64,000 nucleotides of DNA from Gammaproteobacteria bacterium (GTDB lineage Bacteria; Pseudomonadota; Gammaproteobacteria; Steroidobacterales; JBCCMA01), in the NCBI GenBank assembly GCA_045106455.1, contig JBGCEL010000037.1, positions 649 to 64,648 of the forward strand, given 5' to 3'. Below are positions 26,395 through 34,856 of the stretch, in pieces. The position numbers were made by a program, and so were the translations under genes. Below the pieces are notes generated by a model. That model saw only the letters and a program-made list of their open reading frames with translations, had not been told where the DNA came from and ran no database searches. The first letter of the stretch is position 1. The number at the start of each line of letters is the position of its first letter.

Positions 26395-29300
26395 TTAAGG
26401 CGCGACACGCACGGTGAGCGTGCGGCCGCCAATGCGGTTGGCCCTATTTCGGCGATTCTTGTAGAGGTCGATCACTGCCTCATAGTCACCGGCTTCAAGG
26501 GTCTGACGCGGGCGACCGGTCAGGCTAAGCAGCGCTTCGCCAGCCACATAACCGTGCCCGACACTACCGCGCAGTTTCCCTGCGGCAGCGTTGTCTGAAC
26601 TGCGACGCAGACGCACGTTGTAGAGCAGCTCATCCTGCGTCGCGACATCCTCGAGTACGATAGCGACATCCACAGCAAGCCGGCCATTGGCCTGATACAG
26701 CTGGGTGGTTGGCAGCGTAATTGGACCGTCGATCACCGGGCCCGGCACATGCGGCGTAGGCGGTGCAACGGTACCGACGCCCATGATCGGCACGAGGCGC
26801 TCGGTCAGCACGAAGGCACCACTGGTATCCGACACCCGAATCCGCATTGAATAATCCACCGCCGGGTTGAGCGTCACACTCAGTGCCGCCTCCAGACGCA
26901 TCTGGCCAACCATGTCGTGCTCAATTTCATCCGTGTTGCTGGCCACAACGTTCTCGCTTTGCGTCTCGATCACGTCGTATTGCACAACGATGGACGGCGC
27001 CAGCATTGCCTGCTGCATTTGCACGACCACGCCTGCATTCACTTGGCTATTGCGATAGACCGCGCCGGCGTCCCGGATGAAGCCTTCGAAAAACACCGTC
27101 GTGTCGGGTTGCGTGGCGTCCACGTACTGCACGAAACGATGAGAGCTCAAGCTGCGCTTGTTGTTGATCTGCGTATCGCGCACGACGACATCAACCGTGT
27201 AGGCTCCGGGCGTATCGATCAGCGGCGGGAACACATAGTCGAGTGTTTTCGAATCACCCGCGCTTGCCAATTGAACCGCGATGTTACGCGTTGCGATGGC
27301 GGAGCCTTTGGTGAAGCGCCCGTCAACGGGATTGAACTCGAGTATCGGCACCAGCATGACCGAAACCACACCGTCGTAATCATCGCGATGCGACGTTACT
27401 TCAATGCTGCCTTCGATCTGCGTTGGGCTGCGCAGGATATCTGATGCGCTGCCACGGAATACACGATCCACCGACAGCGCCGTGTGGTCATAGGCCGCAC
27501 CTGATACATCGGCCACCGCTTCGCCCGGGTCAGGAATGCCAATATGTTCACCATCGGGATCCGACGTAAACACACGCACGTAATCGATCGAAAACGGCTG
27601 CGAGAGATCCGTGTTGGCGTCGATGGTTGGGATCCATTCTGAGGCGTGTTGCGATGACAGCGCCAAATTCAAAATAAGGTACATATCTGAATTGGCGTTC
27701 GTCACGGCTTCGGCGTTGGTGACCGAGTGCACGATGGTGTTGTTAAACAGGTAGTCGATACGCTCCGGCGTCCAATACACCGCAAAGTTGTTGTACGAAT
27801 TGGACAGATCGCCACCAAGCTGTACGGTCTCACCATTCTCATTACGCAGACGGAAACCATAGTGGTAAGCGTGATGCACGGTTTCAGGCAGCTGGCCACG
27901 GAATTCAGCGATGTCAATTTCGCTGGTCCACTGCCCCGATTCCGGCATCAGCCAGAACGCTGGCCAGAAGCCGTTGCCACTCGGGATCTTGGCACGCATT
28001 TCGAAGTAGCCGTACTGCTGCTTGAACAAACCCTGTGTCGACACGGTGCCGCTGGTGTAAGGGCGATCTGACTCTGGTCGATTCAGAACGCGCAGCCCTA
28101 ACTTGCCGTCACCCATAGCCAGCGCGTCTTTATCGTAGTACTGCAAACGACGAGCAAGGTGATCGCGACTAGGAATCCACGAATCGGCATTCAGCGTCGA
28201 TCCTTCAAAGTTATCAACAAACGTCGCGCGCCAGCGTTGCAGCGGGATTTGGCCACCACCGACCGGTGGCGTTACCGGTTCGCTGTCCGGATTCCAGTTT
28301 GGCGGAGGCGGGGGCGTACCGGCGACATGCACGCCATAGCGCGGAATGGAAAACGCACCGCTGGCATCGTTCACCTCAGCAATGAGCCCCACTGACACTG
28401 ACGGGTCGGCAACTAGGGTGATATTGGGCGACAACTCAACCATACCGACTTGATCATGGGAAACTTGTTCGGTGGCCGTGACCAGCACGTCACCAGTAAA
28501 GGTGTCGACCAGTTCGTATTTCACATCCAGATAGGGCGTCAGCATGGCCTGTTGCAACTGCAGCTGTAGCGTTGCGTTCATCTGAGTATCCACGACACTC
28601 GCCGTGCCCGTGCGAAAGAAGCCTTCCAGGAACGCCGTGGTATCAGGCTGGTTGACGTCGACAAACTGGACAACACGGTGCGTGCCAAGACTCTTTTTAT
28701 TGTTGGTGTCAAAGTCTCTGACGATGACATCAACACTGTAGGCAGATGGCGAAGTGATCAGCGTGTCAAAGTCATAATTGATGACCTGCGAATCACCGAC
28801 GCTGTCGAGCGAGACGGTAACGTTGCGTTCTTCAATTGCCGCCGATTTGCTGTAGCGACCGTCGCCGTTATTAAAATTGAACATTTCGGTCAGGATGACG
28901 CTCACACGTCCAAAGTAATCATCCTTGTGCGTTGTCACTTCAAGCGCACCGGAAATGCGGCCACCGCCGCGGACGATGTCTGTACCGGGGCCTTCACCAA
29001 TTCGATTCACATCAAGCGCGGTGTTGTCATAGGCGGGCATGCGTACATCGCCAACGGTGGCGTCCGGCGCGGGAATATCGGCGTACGGGCCTGAGGGTAC
29101 TTCTTTGTAAACCCGCACGTAGTCAATTTCATACTTACCGTTGAGATCCGTTTCGGCATCGATGGTTGGGATCCAGCCGGAGTGCTGCGAGGCAAGTGCC
29201 ACGTTGAGCAGCATGAACATCTCGTCTTCGGCATTGCTCACCGTGTCTGCGCCAGCGACCGAATGCATGACCTCGCCGTTAAACAAATAGTCGATCCGGT

Positions 29301-29835
29301 CTGGTGTCCAGTGCACGGCGTAATTGTTGAAGCCGGCCGCGGCATCAACGGGAATCGCAGTGGTCAAACCATTTTCGTTTTGCAACGAGAAATCGTAGTG
29401 AAAACCGTAGTGCACGGTGTCGGTCAGGTGACCACGAAACTCACTGATATCGATTTCGCTGGTCCAGCGACCGGTCTCGGGCATCAACCAAAACGCCGGC
29501 CAATAACCTTTGCCAGCGGGAACGCGGGCACGCATTTCGAAATAGCCATATTGCTGTTTGAACACGCCCTGTGTGGTCACCGTGCCGGCGGTGTACGGCC
29601 GATCCGATTCAGAGCGGTTGAGCACTGACAGCACGAGATTGCCGTTCTCTACGGACACGGCATCCGAATCGTAGTACTGGATTCGGCGCGGCAAAATTTC
29701 ACGACCCTGCACCCATGCCGACGGATCGATTTGCGTCCCGTTGAAGTTGTCTACGAAGGTCGCCTCCCAGTCGGCCACGGCGGCCGGTGCTGAGACCAGA
29801 AGAGGAAAAATCAGCAATGCGTATCGCTTATTCAC
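26395..29835 (-). CDS. secreted protein with two glycoside hydrolase family 16 domains
   Basis: 1146 aa. Signal peptide MNKRYALLIFPLLVSAPAAVA. Two GH16 catalytic blocks: GYFEMRARVPAGKGYWPAFWLMPE..WTSEIDISEF (29440-29457) and GYFEMRAKIPSGNGFWPAFWLMPE..WTSEIDIAEF (27904-27921). Each is followed by a ~270-aa unassigned region. A ~100-aa unassigned tail closes the protein. The GTG start overlaps the upstream TGA (GTGA, 29832-29835). Confidence 0.9.
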   Translation of the reverse strand: MNKRYALLIFPLLVSAPAAVADWEATFVDNFNGTQIDPSAWVQGREILPRRIQYYDSDAVSVENGNLVLSVLNRSESDRPYTAGTVTTQGVFKQQYGYFEMRARVPAGKGYWPAFWLMPETGRWTSEIDISEFRGHLTDTVHYGFHYDFSLQNENGLTTAIPVDAAAGFNNYAVHWTPDRIDYLFNGEVMHSVAGADTVSNAEDEMFMLLNVALASQHSGWIPTIDAETDLNGKYEIDYVRVYKEVPSGPYADIPAPDATVGDVRMPAYDNTALDVNRIGEGPGTDIVRGGGRISGALEVTTHKDDYFGRVSVILTEMFNFNNGDGRYSKSAAIEERNVTVSLDSVGDSQVINYDFDTLITSPSAYSVDVIVRDFDTNNKKSLGTHRVVQFVDVNQPDTTAFLEGFFRTGTASVVDTQMNATLQLQLQQAMLTPYLDVKYELVDTFTGDVLVTATEQVSHDQVGMVELSPNITLVADPSVSVGLIAEVNDASGAFSIPRYGVHVAGTPPPPPNWNPDSEPVTPPVGGGQIPLQRWRATFVDNFEGSTLNADSWIPSRDHLARRLQYYDKDALAMGDGKLGLRVLNRPESDRPYTSGTVSTQGLFKQQYGYFEMRAKIPSGNGFWPAFWLMPESGQWTSEIDIAEFRGQLPETVHHAYHYGFRLRNENGETVQLGGDLSNSYNNFAVYWTPERIDYLFNNTIVHSVTNAEAVTNANSDMYLILNLALSSQHASEWIPTIDANTDLSQPFSIDYVRVFTSDPDGEHIGIPDPGEAVADVSGAAYDHTALSVDRVFRGSASDILRSPTQIEGSIEVTSHRDDYDGVVSVMLVPILEFNPVDGRFTKGSAIATRNIAVQLASAGDSKTLDYVFPPLIDTPGAYTVDVVVRDTQINNKRSLSSHRFVQYVDATQPDTTVFFEGFIRDAGAVYRNSQVNAGVVVQMQQAMLAPSIVVQYDVIETQSENVVASNTDEIEHDMVGQMRLEAALSVTLNPAVDYSMRIRVSDTSGAFVLTERLVPIMGVGTVAPPTPHVPGPVIDGPITLPTTQLYQANGRLAVDVAIVLEDVATQDELLYNVRLRRSSDNAAAGKLRGSVGHGYVAGEALLSLTGRPRQTLEAGDYEAVIDLYKNRRNRANRIGGRTLTVRVAP

Positions 29836-31187
29836 GATATAGATCCTGTGTCAGGTACGTATTCTTGTGTTCGTTCGGTCAGTTCCTGCCCGATGCAGGC
29901 AACCACTTCATCATTTGAAAGTCGCTGCTCCACGGCTCCCGCGGAACCCGCAGATAATTGTGAACGCAGAGCACTATTGTCAAGAAGCTTGATCAGACAC
30001 GTCGCAAATTCTTCTTCGGTGGTACCCACTTCTACCAGGTCCGTCAGCGCATCCCCAAATCCCTCTAACGCCAAAGGATAAACCACCGTCGGCATGCCAA
30101 GCATCAAATATTCTGCCACTTTGATACTCACGCCCGTCGCAAGGCGGGTAGGGGCCACGCCCAACGAGTCCGGGCCGCCCAGCGTGCCCAAATCCTCCAC
30201 TCGACCGAGCACACGTACGCGTTCATCACGCCGCGTTTCTTGCTCTACATCGCGCCCAATGGATCCGGCTATCCAGAATTCAACGTCTGCATTGCGTGCC
30301 GTGACACGCGGCCAGATGTCCTGCAGGAAGTGACGCAGGGCATCGAGATTGCCCGCGTGCTGTGTGCCCAAAAACACGATTCGCGGTGCACCCGACATTG
30401 GATTAACCGAGCACGGTCGCGGACTGGGCCGTAACCAAACGCCGCGACTGTTCGGCAGCTGCCGTCCCAGCGATGTCATTTCGTTTGCCGAAGCGTAGAA
30501 GCACAGGTCCGCGGCTGACATCCAGTCCACTTCCACGTCGCGGGAAATTTCCAGGAAATCAGGTTCCAGCCCGTTGCTGCGAAAACGTGCCGCGCGATCA
30601 GAAAACAAATCGTGCACGAGTACCCCTTTTGAGGTGTCGTGGTTTAGCAATTTCAGCACAGGGGCCAGCGAGCTGTATTCCGCCACGGTGAGTTTCCCAT
30701 TCCCGGTCGCACAAGCGCGCGCGACAATCCGCGCTTCAGCAGACTCAAGGGGGTCGCCGAGGAAGCTATAAATTTTGGGCGTCAGTCCGATTTTCTGCGC
30801 CAGCGCTTTGACCAGGCGCACCCCAAACCGGCCCCACACTTTGGGTGATAGCGACCAGTAATGCTCGCCAATGCGCACCGTCCCGGGCCACATCACGTCA
30901 TCACACAGTGCGGCGAACCTCGGGTGGAGCCTCGCCCACGGGCGGTTGCCAAACGATCGCCACGGTGCAAACACCAGACGCACGCGCGCATTTGCCCGGG
31001 CTGCGGCCTGAAGAAACATCTCCAGATACACCCCGTTGCCGCTGCTGATGTTATCCAGCTGTCGCTGGACCACTACGTCCATATTCATACGAGATTGTGC
31101 TGTGGCTATTCGCGTTTGTTTGTTATTCGCCAAAGTGACGGTGAGCCCGTTGAGGCAGGCCGAATGTGACTCCCGATAATAACGCAT
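29832..31187 (-). CDS. GT-B fold glycosyltransferase (GT1/GT4-like)
   Basis: 451 aa. The C-terminal lobe (FWIAGSIGRD..VRVLGRVEDL..GVSIKVAEYLMLGMPTVV) is typical of GT4-type enzymes. The start is uncertain (ATG 31187 or the internal MNMD at 31088). Confidence 0.65.
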   Translation of the reverse strand: MRYYRESHSACLNGLTVTLANNKQTRIATAQSRMNMDVVVQRQLDNISSGNGVYLEMFLQAAARANARVRLVFAPWRSFGNRPWARLHPRFAALCDDVMWPGTVRIGEHYWSLSPKVWGRFGVRLVKALAQKIGLTPKIYSFLGDPLESAEARIVARACATGNGKLTVAEYSSLAPVLKLLNHDTSKGVLVHDLFSDRAARFRSNGLEPDFLEISRDVEVDWMSAADLCFYASANEMTSLGRQLPNSRGVWLRPSPRPCSVNPMSGAPRIVFLGTQHAGNLDALRHFLQDIWPRVTARNADVEFWIAGSIGRDVEQETRRDERVRVLGRVEDLGTLGGPDSLGVAPTRLATGVSIKVAEYLMLGMPTVVYPLALEGFGDALTDLVEVGTTEEEFATCLIKLLDNSALRSQLSAGSAGAVEQRLSNDEVVACIGQELTERTQEYVPDTGSIS

Positions 31188-31309
31188 CAGGGGGGATCGA
31201 AGGCCGATCTGGACATATCGCAGTGCAAAGTTAACGATTGTTCGCGATGTGTCTGACCATTTGTATGGAAGTGGCGTATATTAGCGCCAGTTGCCAAGGT
31301 CGGCCGAAC

Positions 31310-32833
31310 ATGAACAGCCCAAACGACAATAACAACAGCAACATAAGAGCCTACAAATCCATCGATCCTATCCGGCAGCAACTGAGCGATGCCGATGGCT
31401 CGCGGATTTATGTGGACTTCGATTACACGCTGTTTCAGTCCAACTCGACTGAGGCGTTCTTAAACTCCGGGCGCCCGGCGTTTTTGAATGCCCTGTTTTT
31501 ACGCGTGCTCAGCGTGATCACGCCGTGGGCGATGATCGATCGTGCTCGTGGAGCATTTCTGTGGCGGGACGCTGTCCGCGTCTGGACCGTTTTGTTGTTG
31601 TTCCCGTGGACGCTGTGGTTGTTCAACCGCAAAGCGCCGGGGCTTTTCGCGCAGTTTCAAAATGCCGAGATTGTGGCGTTATTGCGCAAGGTCGATCCTG
31701 ATCGCATCGTGATCGTTACCAACGGCTACCGGCGATTTGTTCAGATGCTGTTACGTGGCAGCGAGCTCGAAAATGCCCATCTCGTGGGGAGCTCACTCTT
31801 ACAGCCGGTGCGTGTACGAGCTTTGGGCAAACTCGCCATTCTCAGGGAGGACGGCTTCGACCCGGTGTATGAACGCGACATCGTGGTCACCGATTCGATG
31901 GATGACGAAGATCTGCTGCGTGCGCTGGACCATGCCTACCTGATCGCGCCCGAGGGGATGAACAACCACAACGAGCTGGCTGGGGTCTATGTGCCGTTCT
32001 TTTATTCGGCGCGCGTCAAGCGATCACCGGAATTTGTGGTCAAGCAGATGTTCCTTGAGGAACTGGTCATCATCTTGCTCGCCACCGTGTTTTTTCTGCC
32101 GTTCAGCCTGTCCCTCTGGTTTGCCGCAATTCTGCTGTTTGTTGGCTTTCTAGCGGCCTACGAGATCGGCTACGCCGAAAATGATCGCATCGGCTACCTC
32201 AAAGAAGCGCGCCCCAAACTGTCGGATGACTACGAACAGTTCAAAGACGTGGCTCTGGAACCCGCGGCTTGGTTTTGGGTAGTGGGTCTAACCATAGCGG
32301 GTGTATGGATGCTCGGCGCCGACATGCAGGCCAGTATTTTGCAACGGCTGGGTTTTGCCACCAGCACATCGCCTTTGATCCAACTGGTCACGCTCGCGGC
32401 GGTGTGGGTGGCTATCGTGGTCGCCGGGCGAGGGCTGTTCTTTTGGTACAACCGCATGCCCATGATCTGGCGCGTGTTCGGCTACATACTGCTGCACTTC
32501 GGCAAGTACTTCAGTCTTGTCATATTGTTCTCGTCTCAACCGGTAGGCTATGCGCTGCTGTGTGCGCAAATTGTGCGGACCTGGTCGTTGTATGCCATTC
32601 GGCGTTCCGGCGGCAACATGGAGCTGGTGGCGAGCCAGTCCATTCGTCTGGCATTTTTTGCTCTGTTTTTGGTCGCTTTCGACCTGGCCACGCCCGAATT
32701 CAGTGCGTTCTCGCAATGGCATACTTGGGTCATCATCGGTTTCTGTGTGATTCGGGCAGCGCCGGAAGCTCGGCGTAAGTTGTTTGATCGCGATGTGTTG
32801 CGCAACGGTATGCGAGGCCGCAACGACCGCTAA
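31310..32833 (+). CDS. HAD-like domain fused to a polytopic membrane domain, function unknown
   Basis: ATG at 31310 (MNSPNDNNNSNIRAYKS). HAD motif-I-like DxDxT in IYVDFDYTLF, with a later VVTDSMDDEDLL. The C-terminal ~270 aa form multiple TM helices containing AAYEIGYAENDRIGY. No confident family. Confidence 0.6.
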   Translation: MNSPNDNNNSNIRAYKSIDPIRQQLSDADGSRIYVDFDYTLFQSNSTEAFLNSGRPAFLNALFLRVLSVITPWAMIDRARGAFLWRDAVRVWTVLLLFPWTLWLFNRKAPGLFAQFQNAEIVALLRKVDPDRIVIVTNGYRRFVQMLLRGSELENAHLVGSSLLQPVRVRALGKLAILREDGFDPVYERDIVVTDSMDDEDLLRALDHAYLIAPEGMNNHNELAGVYVPFFYSARVKRSPEFVVKQMFLEELVIILLATVFFLPFSLSLWFAAILLFVGFLAAYEIGYAENDRIGYLKEARPKLSDDYEQFKDVALEPAAWFWVVGLTIAGVWMLGADMQASILQRLGFATSTSPLIQLVTLAAVWVAIVVAGRGLFFWYNRMPMIWRVFGYILLHFGKYFSLVILFSSQPVGYALLCAQIVRTWSLYAIRRSGGNMELVASQSIRLAFFALFLVAFDLATPEFSAFSQWHTWVIIGFCVIRAAPEARRKLFDRDVLRNGMRGRNDR

Positions 32834-32891
32834 TTACCAATTCGTACGAGCGCCCACATACGGCTCATGGCATTGCAAACATCTGTCACAT

Positions 32892-32917
32892 CCATTGTTA
32901 CCGTTCGGCAACAATGG
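32892..32917 (+). other. imperfect inverted repeat / hairpin in the intergenic region
   Basis: ccattgttacc (32892-32902), loop gttc, ggcaacaatgg (32907-32917); 10 of 11 positions pair. No T-run follows, so a terminator role is uncertain. It could be an operator upstream of the sugar transferase gene. Confidence 0.4.
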
Positions 32918-33083
32918 GATAGTTTAGTGACAAAGACGCTGGCTAAAAAACAATCAAACGTCGGATACGGATTTCCGGCCAGAAATAAACGCTACGGATC
33001 GCCTTTCTCAACAATAACGATACGAAGAACAGCGCTTTGCCGCCTGCAGCAGCGACCAAGCGCGAGTAGAACAGGGCAACAAT

Positions 33084-34535
33084 ATGAATGCGACAGCGCA
33101 GGACGCGAGCCTCTCATGGGCCGCGCAACCGAACACTGTATCCGCCGAACTCATTAAAGTCGGGGCCGTCCTTATCGACGCCCTGATGCTCGGGATTCCC
33201 GGACTGTTAATTTATCTGGGTTATGTCGGCTTCTCGCCCGAGACGCTCGGGATCTATTTGCCGGTCACCGTCGGACTGACTGTCGTCACGGTTGTTGCCT
33301 TCTATTTTACCGATCTGTATAGACTGGGCGCACTGCTAGAGCCAGTCTCTTTTTTCCGGCGCATGCTGCCGGTCGCGCTGCTCGTGCTGCTGGCGTTTAT
33401 TGGCTTTTTGTTTGCACTCAAGGTGTCCACGCAGCTGTCACGCGTATGGGTGTTCACGTGGTTTTTGGCCAGTGCCTCGAGCTTGGTGGCGGGCCGTATT
33501 GCTCTGTCGTGGTACTTGGCCGGCGTCGCGAAAGCGGGGCACTTGGCCCGTCGTATTGTGATTGTAGGAGGCGGCGATCGCGGTCAGCAGCTTATCGAGC
33601 ACCTGCGTTCACGCAACGACCCTCTTAATCACATTGTGGGCGTCTTTGACGATCGTCTGGAACGTATCGGTCCAGATGTGAATGGCGTGCCGCTGATGGG
33701 CGATGTAAACGACCTGATCACCTATGCACGACAAAATCGTTGTGACGAGGTGCTCGTTGCACTTCCGGGCCATGCACACAAACGCATCGTTGAGGTGGTG
33801 AACACGCTGCGCGTGTTACCGGTACATGTTGGACTGGGTCCGGATTTCGCAGGACTGAACTTGCTGCCCACCGGTTACCGGGATTGTGGCGGAGTGCCCG
33901 TGCTGGCGATGTCACGTAAACCGTTCACACCAACGCAAGCGATGCTCAAGCGCGCCGAGGACGTTATTCTGGGCGGTCTGATCACGCTTATGATTCTGCC
34001 GCTAATGGCCATCATTGCTGTTTTGATTAAGCTCGACAGTCGCGGCCCGGTGCTGTTTCGTCAGCCGCGCTACGGTTTCAACAATCAACTGATCAACGTC
34101 TACAAATTTCGCAGTATGTACGCGGAGAAATCGGACCATGCCGGTAGCCAGTTGACGCAGAAAAATGATCCGCGAATCACTCGCATTGGTCGCTTCCTGC
34201 GACGCTCCAGCCTTGACGAGCTGCCGCAGTTTTTTAACGTGCTCAAAGGCGAGATGTCGATCGTCGGTCCACGTCCGCATGCCGTGCAGGCCAAAGCCGG
34301 CTCCAAACTTTACGAAGACGTTGTGTCGGAATACGCAGCGCGTCATCGTGTGAAGCCAGGCATCACCGGTTGGGCTCAGGTCAGCGGCTGGCGTGGTGAG
34401 ACCACCACCGATGAACAGATTCTCCAGCGCGTCGACCATGATCTGCATTACATCAACAACTGGTCGTTGCCGTTGGACGTGTGGATCATTCTTCTGACCA
34501 TCACGACGGTGCTCAAGGGCGACAAAGCCATGTAA
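33084..34535 (+). CDS. initiating polyprenyl-phosphate glycosyl-1-phosphate transferase (WbaP/WcaJ/EpsB type)
   Basis: 483 aa. N-terminal TM bundle, a central Rossmann-like segment (RRIVIVGGGDRGQQLIEHL) and a C-terminal bacterial sugar transferase domain (YKFRSM..DPRITRIGRFLRRSSLDELPQFFNVLKGEMSIVGPRP). Confidence 0.9.
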   Translation: MNATAQDASLSWAAQPNTVSAELIKVGAVLIDALMLGIPGLLIYLGYVGFSPETLGIYLPVTVGLTVVTVVAFYFTDLYRLGALLEPVSFFRRMLPVALLVLLAFIGFLFALKVSTQLSRVWVFTWFLASASSLVAGRIALSWYLAGVAKAGHLARRIVIVGGGDRGQQLIEHLRSRNDPLNHIVGVFDDRLERIGPDVNGVPLMGDVNDLITYARQNRCDEVLVALPGHAHKRIVEVVNTLRVLPVHVGLGPDFAGLNLLPTGYRDCGGVPVLAMSRKPFTPTQAMLKRAEDVILGGLITLMILPLMAIIAVLIKLDSRGPVLFRQPRYGFNNQLINVYKFRSMYAEKSDHAGSQLTQKNDPRITRIGRFLRRSSLDELPQFFNVLKGEMSIVGPRPHAVQAKAGSKLYEDVVSEYAARHRVKPGITGWAQVSGWRGETTTDEQILQRVDHDLHYINNWSLPLDVWIILLTITTVLKGDKAM

Positions 34536-34856
34536 ATAATGCATAGGCGCCGGCATCAATCAAGGAAGTCGGTGTCCTGTGTTAGTTATGTTTAGTGACC
34601 TGTGGCCAGCGGTCTACAATCGTTCATTCCCCATAAATAACAGGGTTTAACCGTTTGACCTCGAAGTGGCGCCGGACAGGTGACACCGCGAGACATATGT
34701 TTATAACGGTATTTGACTTTAAGTCTGCCGCCTTGCGATTATCCCGTCACCGTCACGCCCGCTGAGCGTCGGACAATAATAAAACGAATGCTTGTGCGGC
34801 GCTTCAAAACACTGGGCGTGACTTCTGTTGGTTTAATGATCCCCGGGGAGGGAAAT

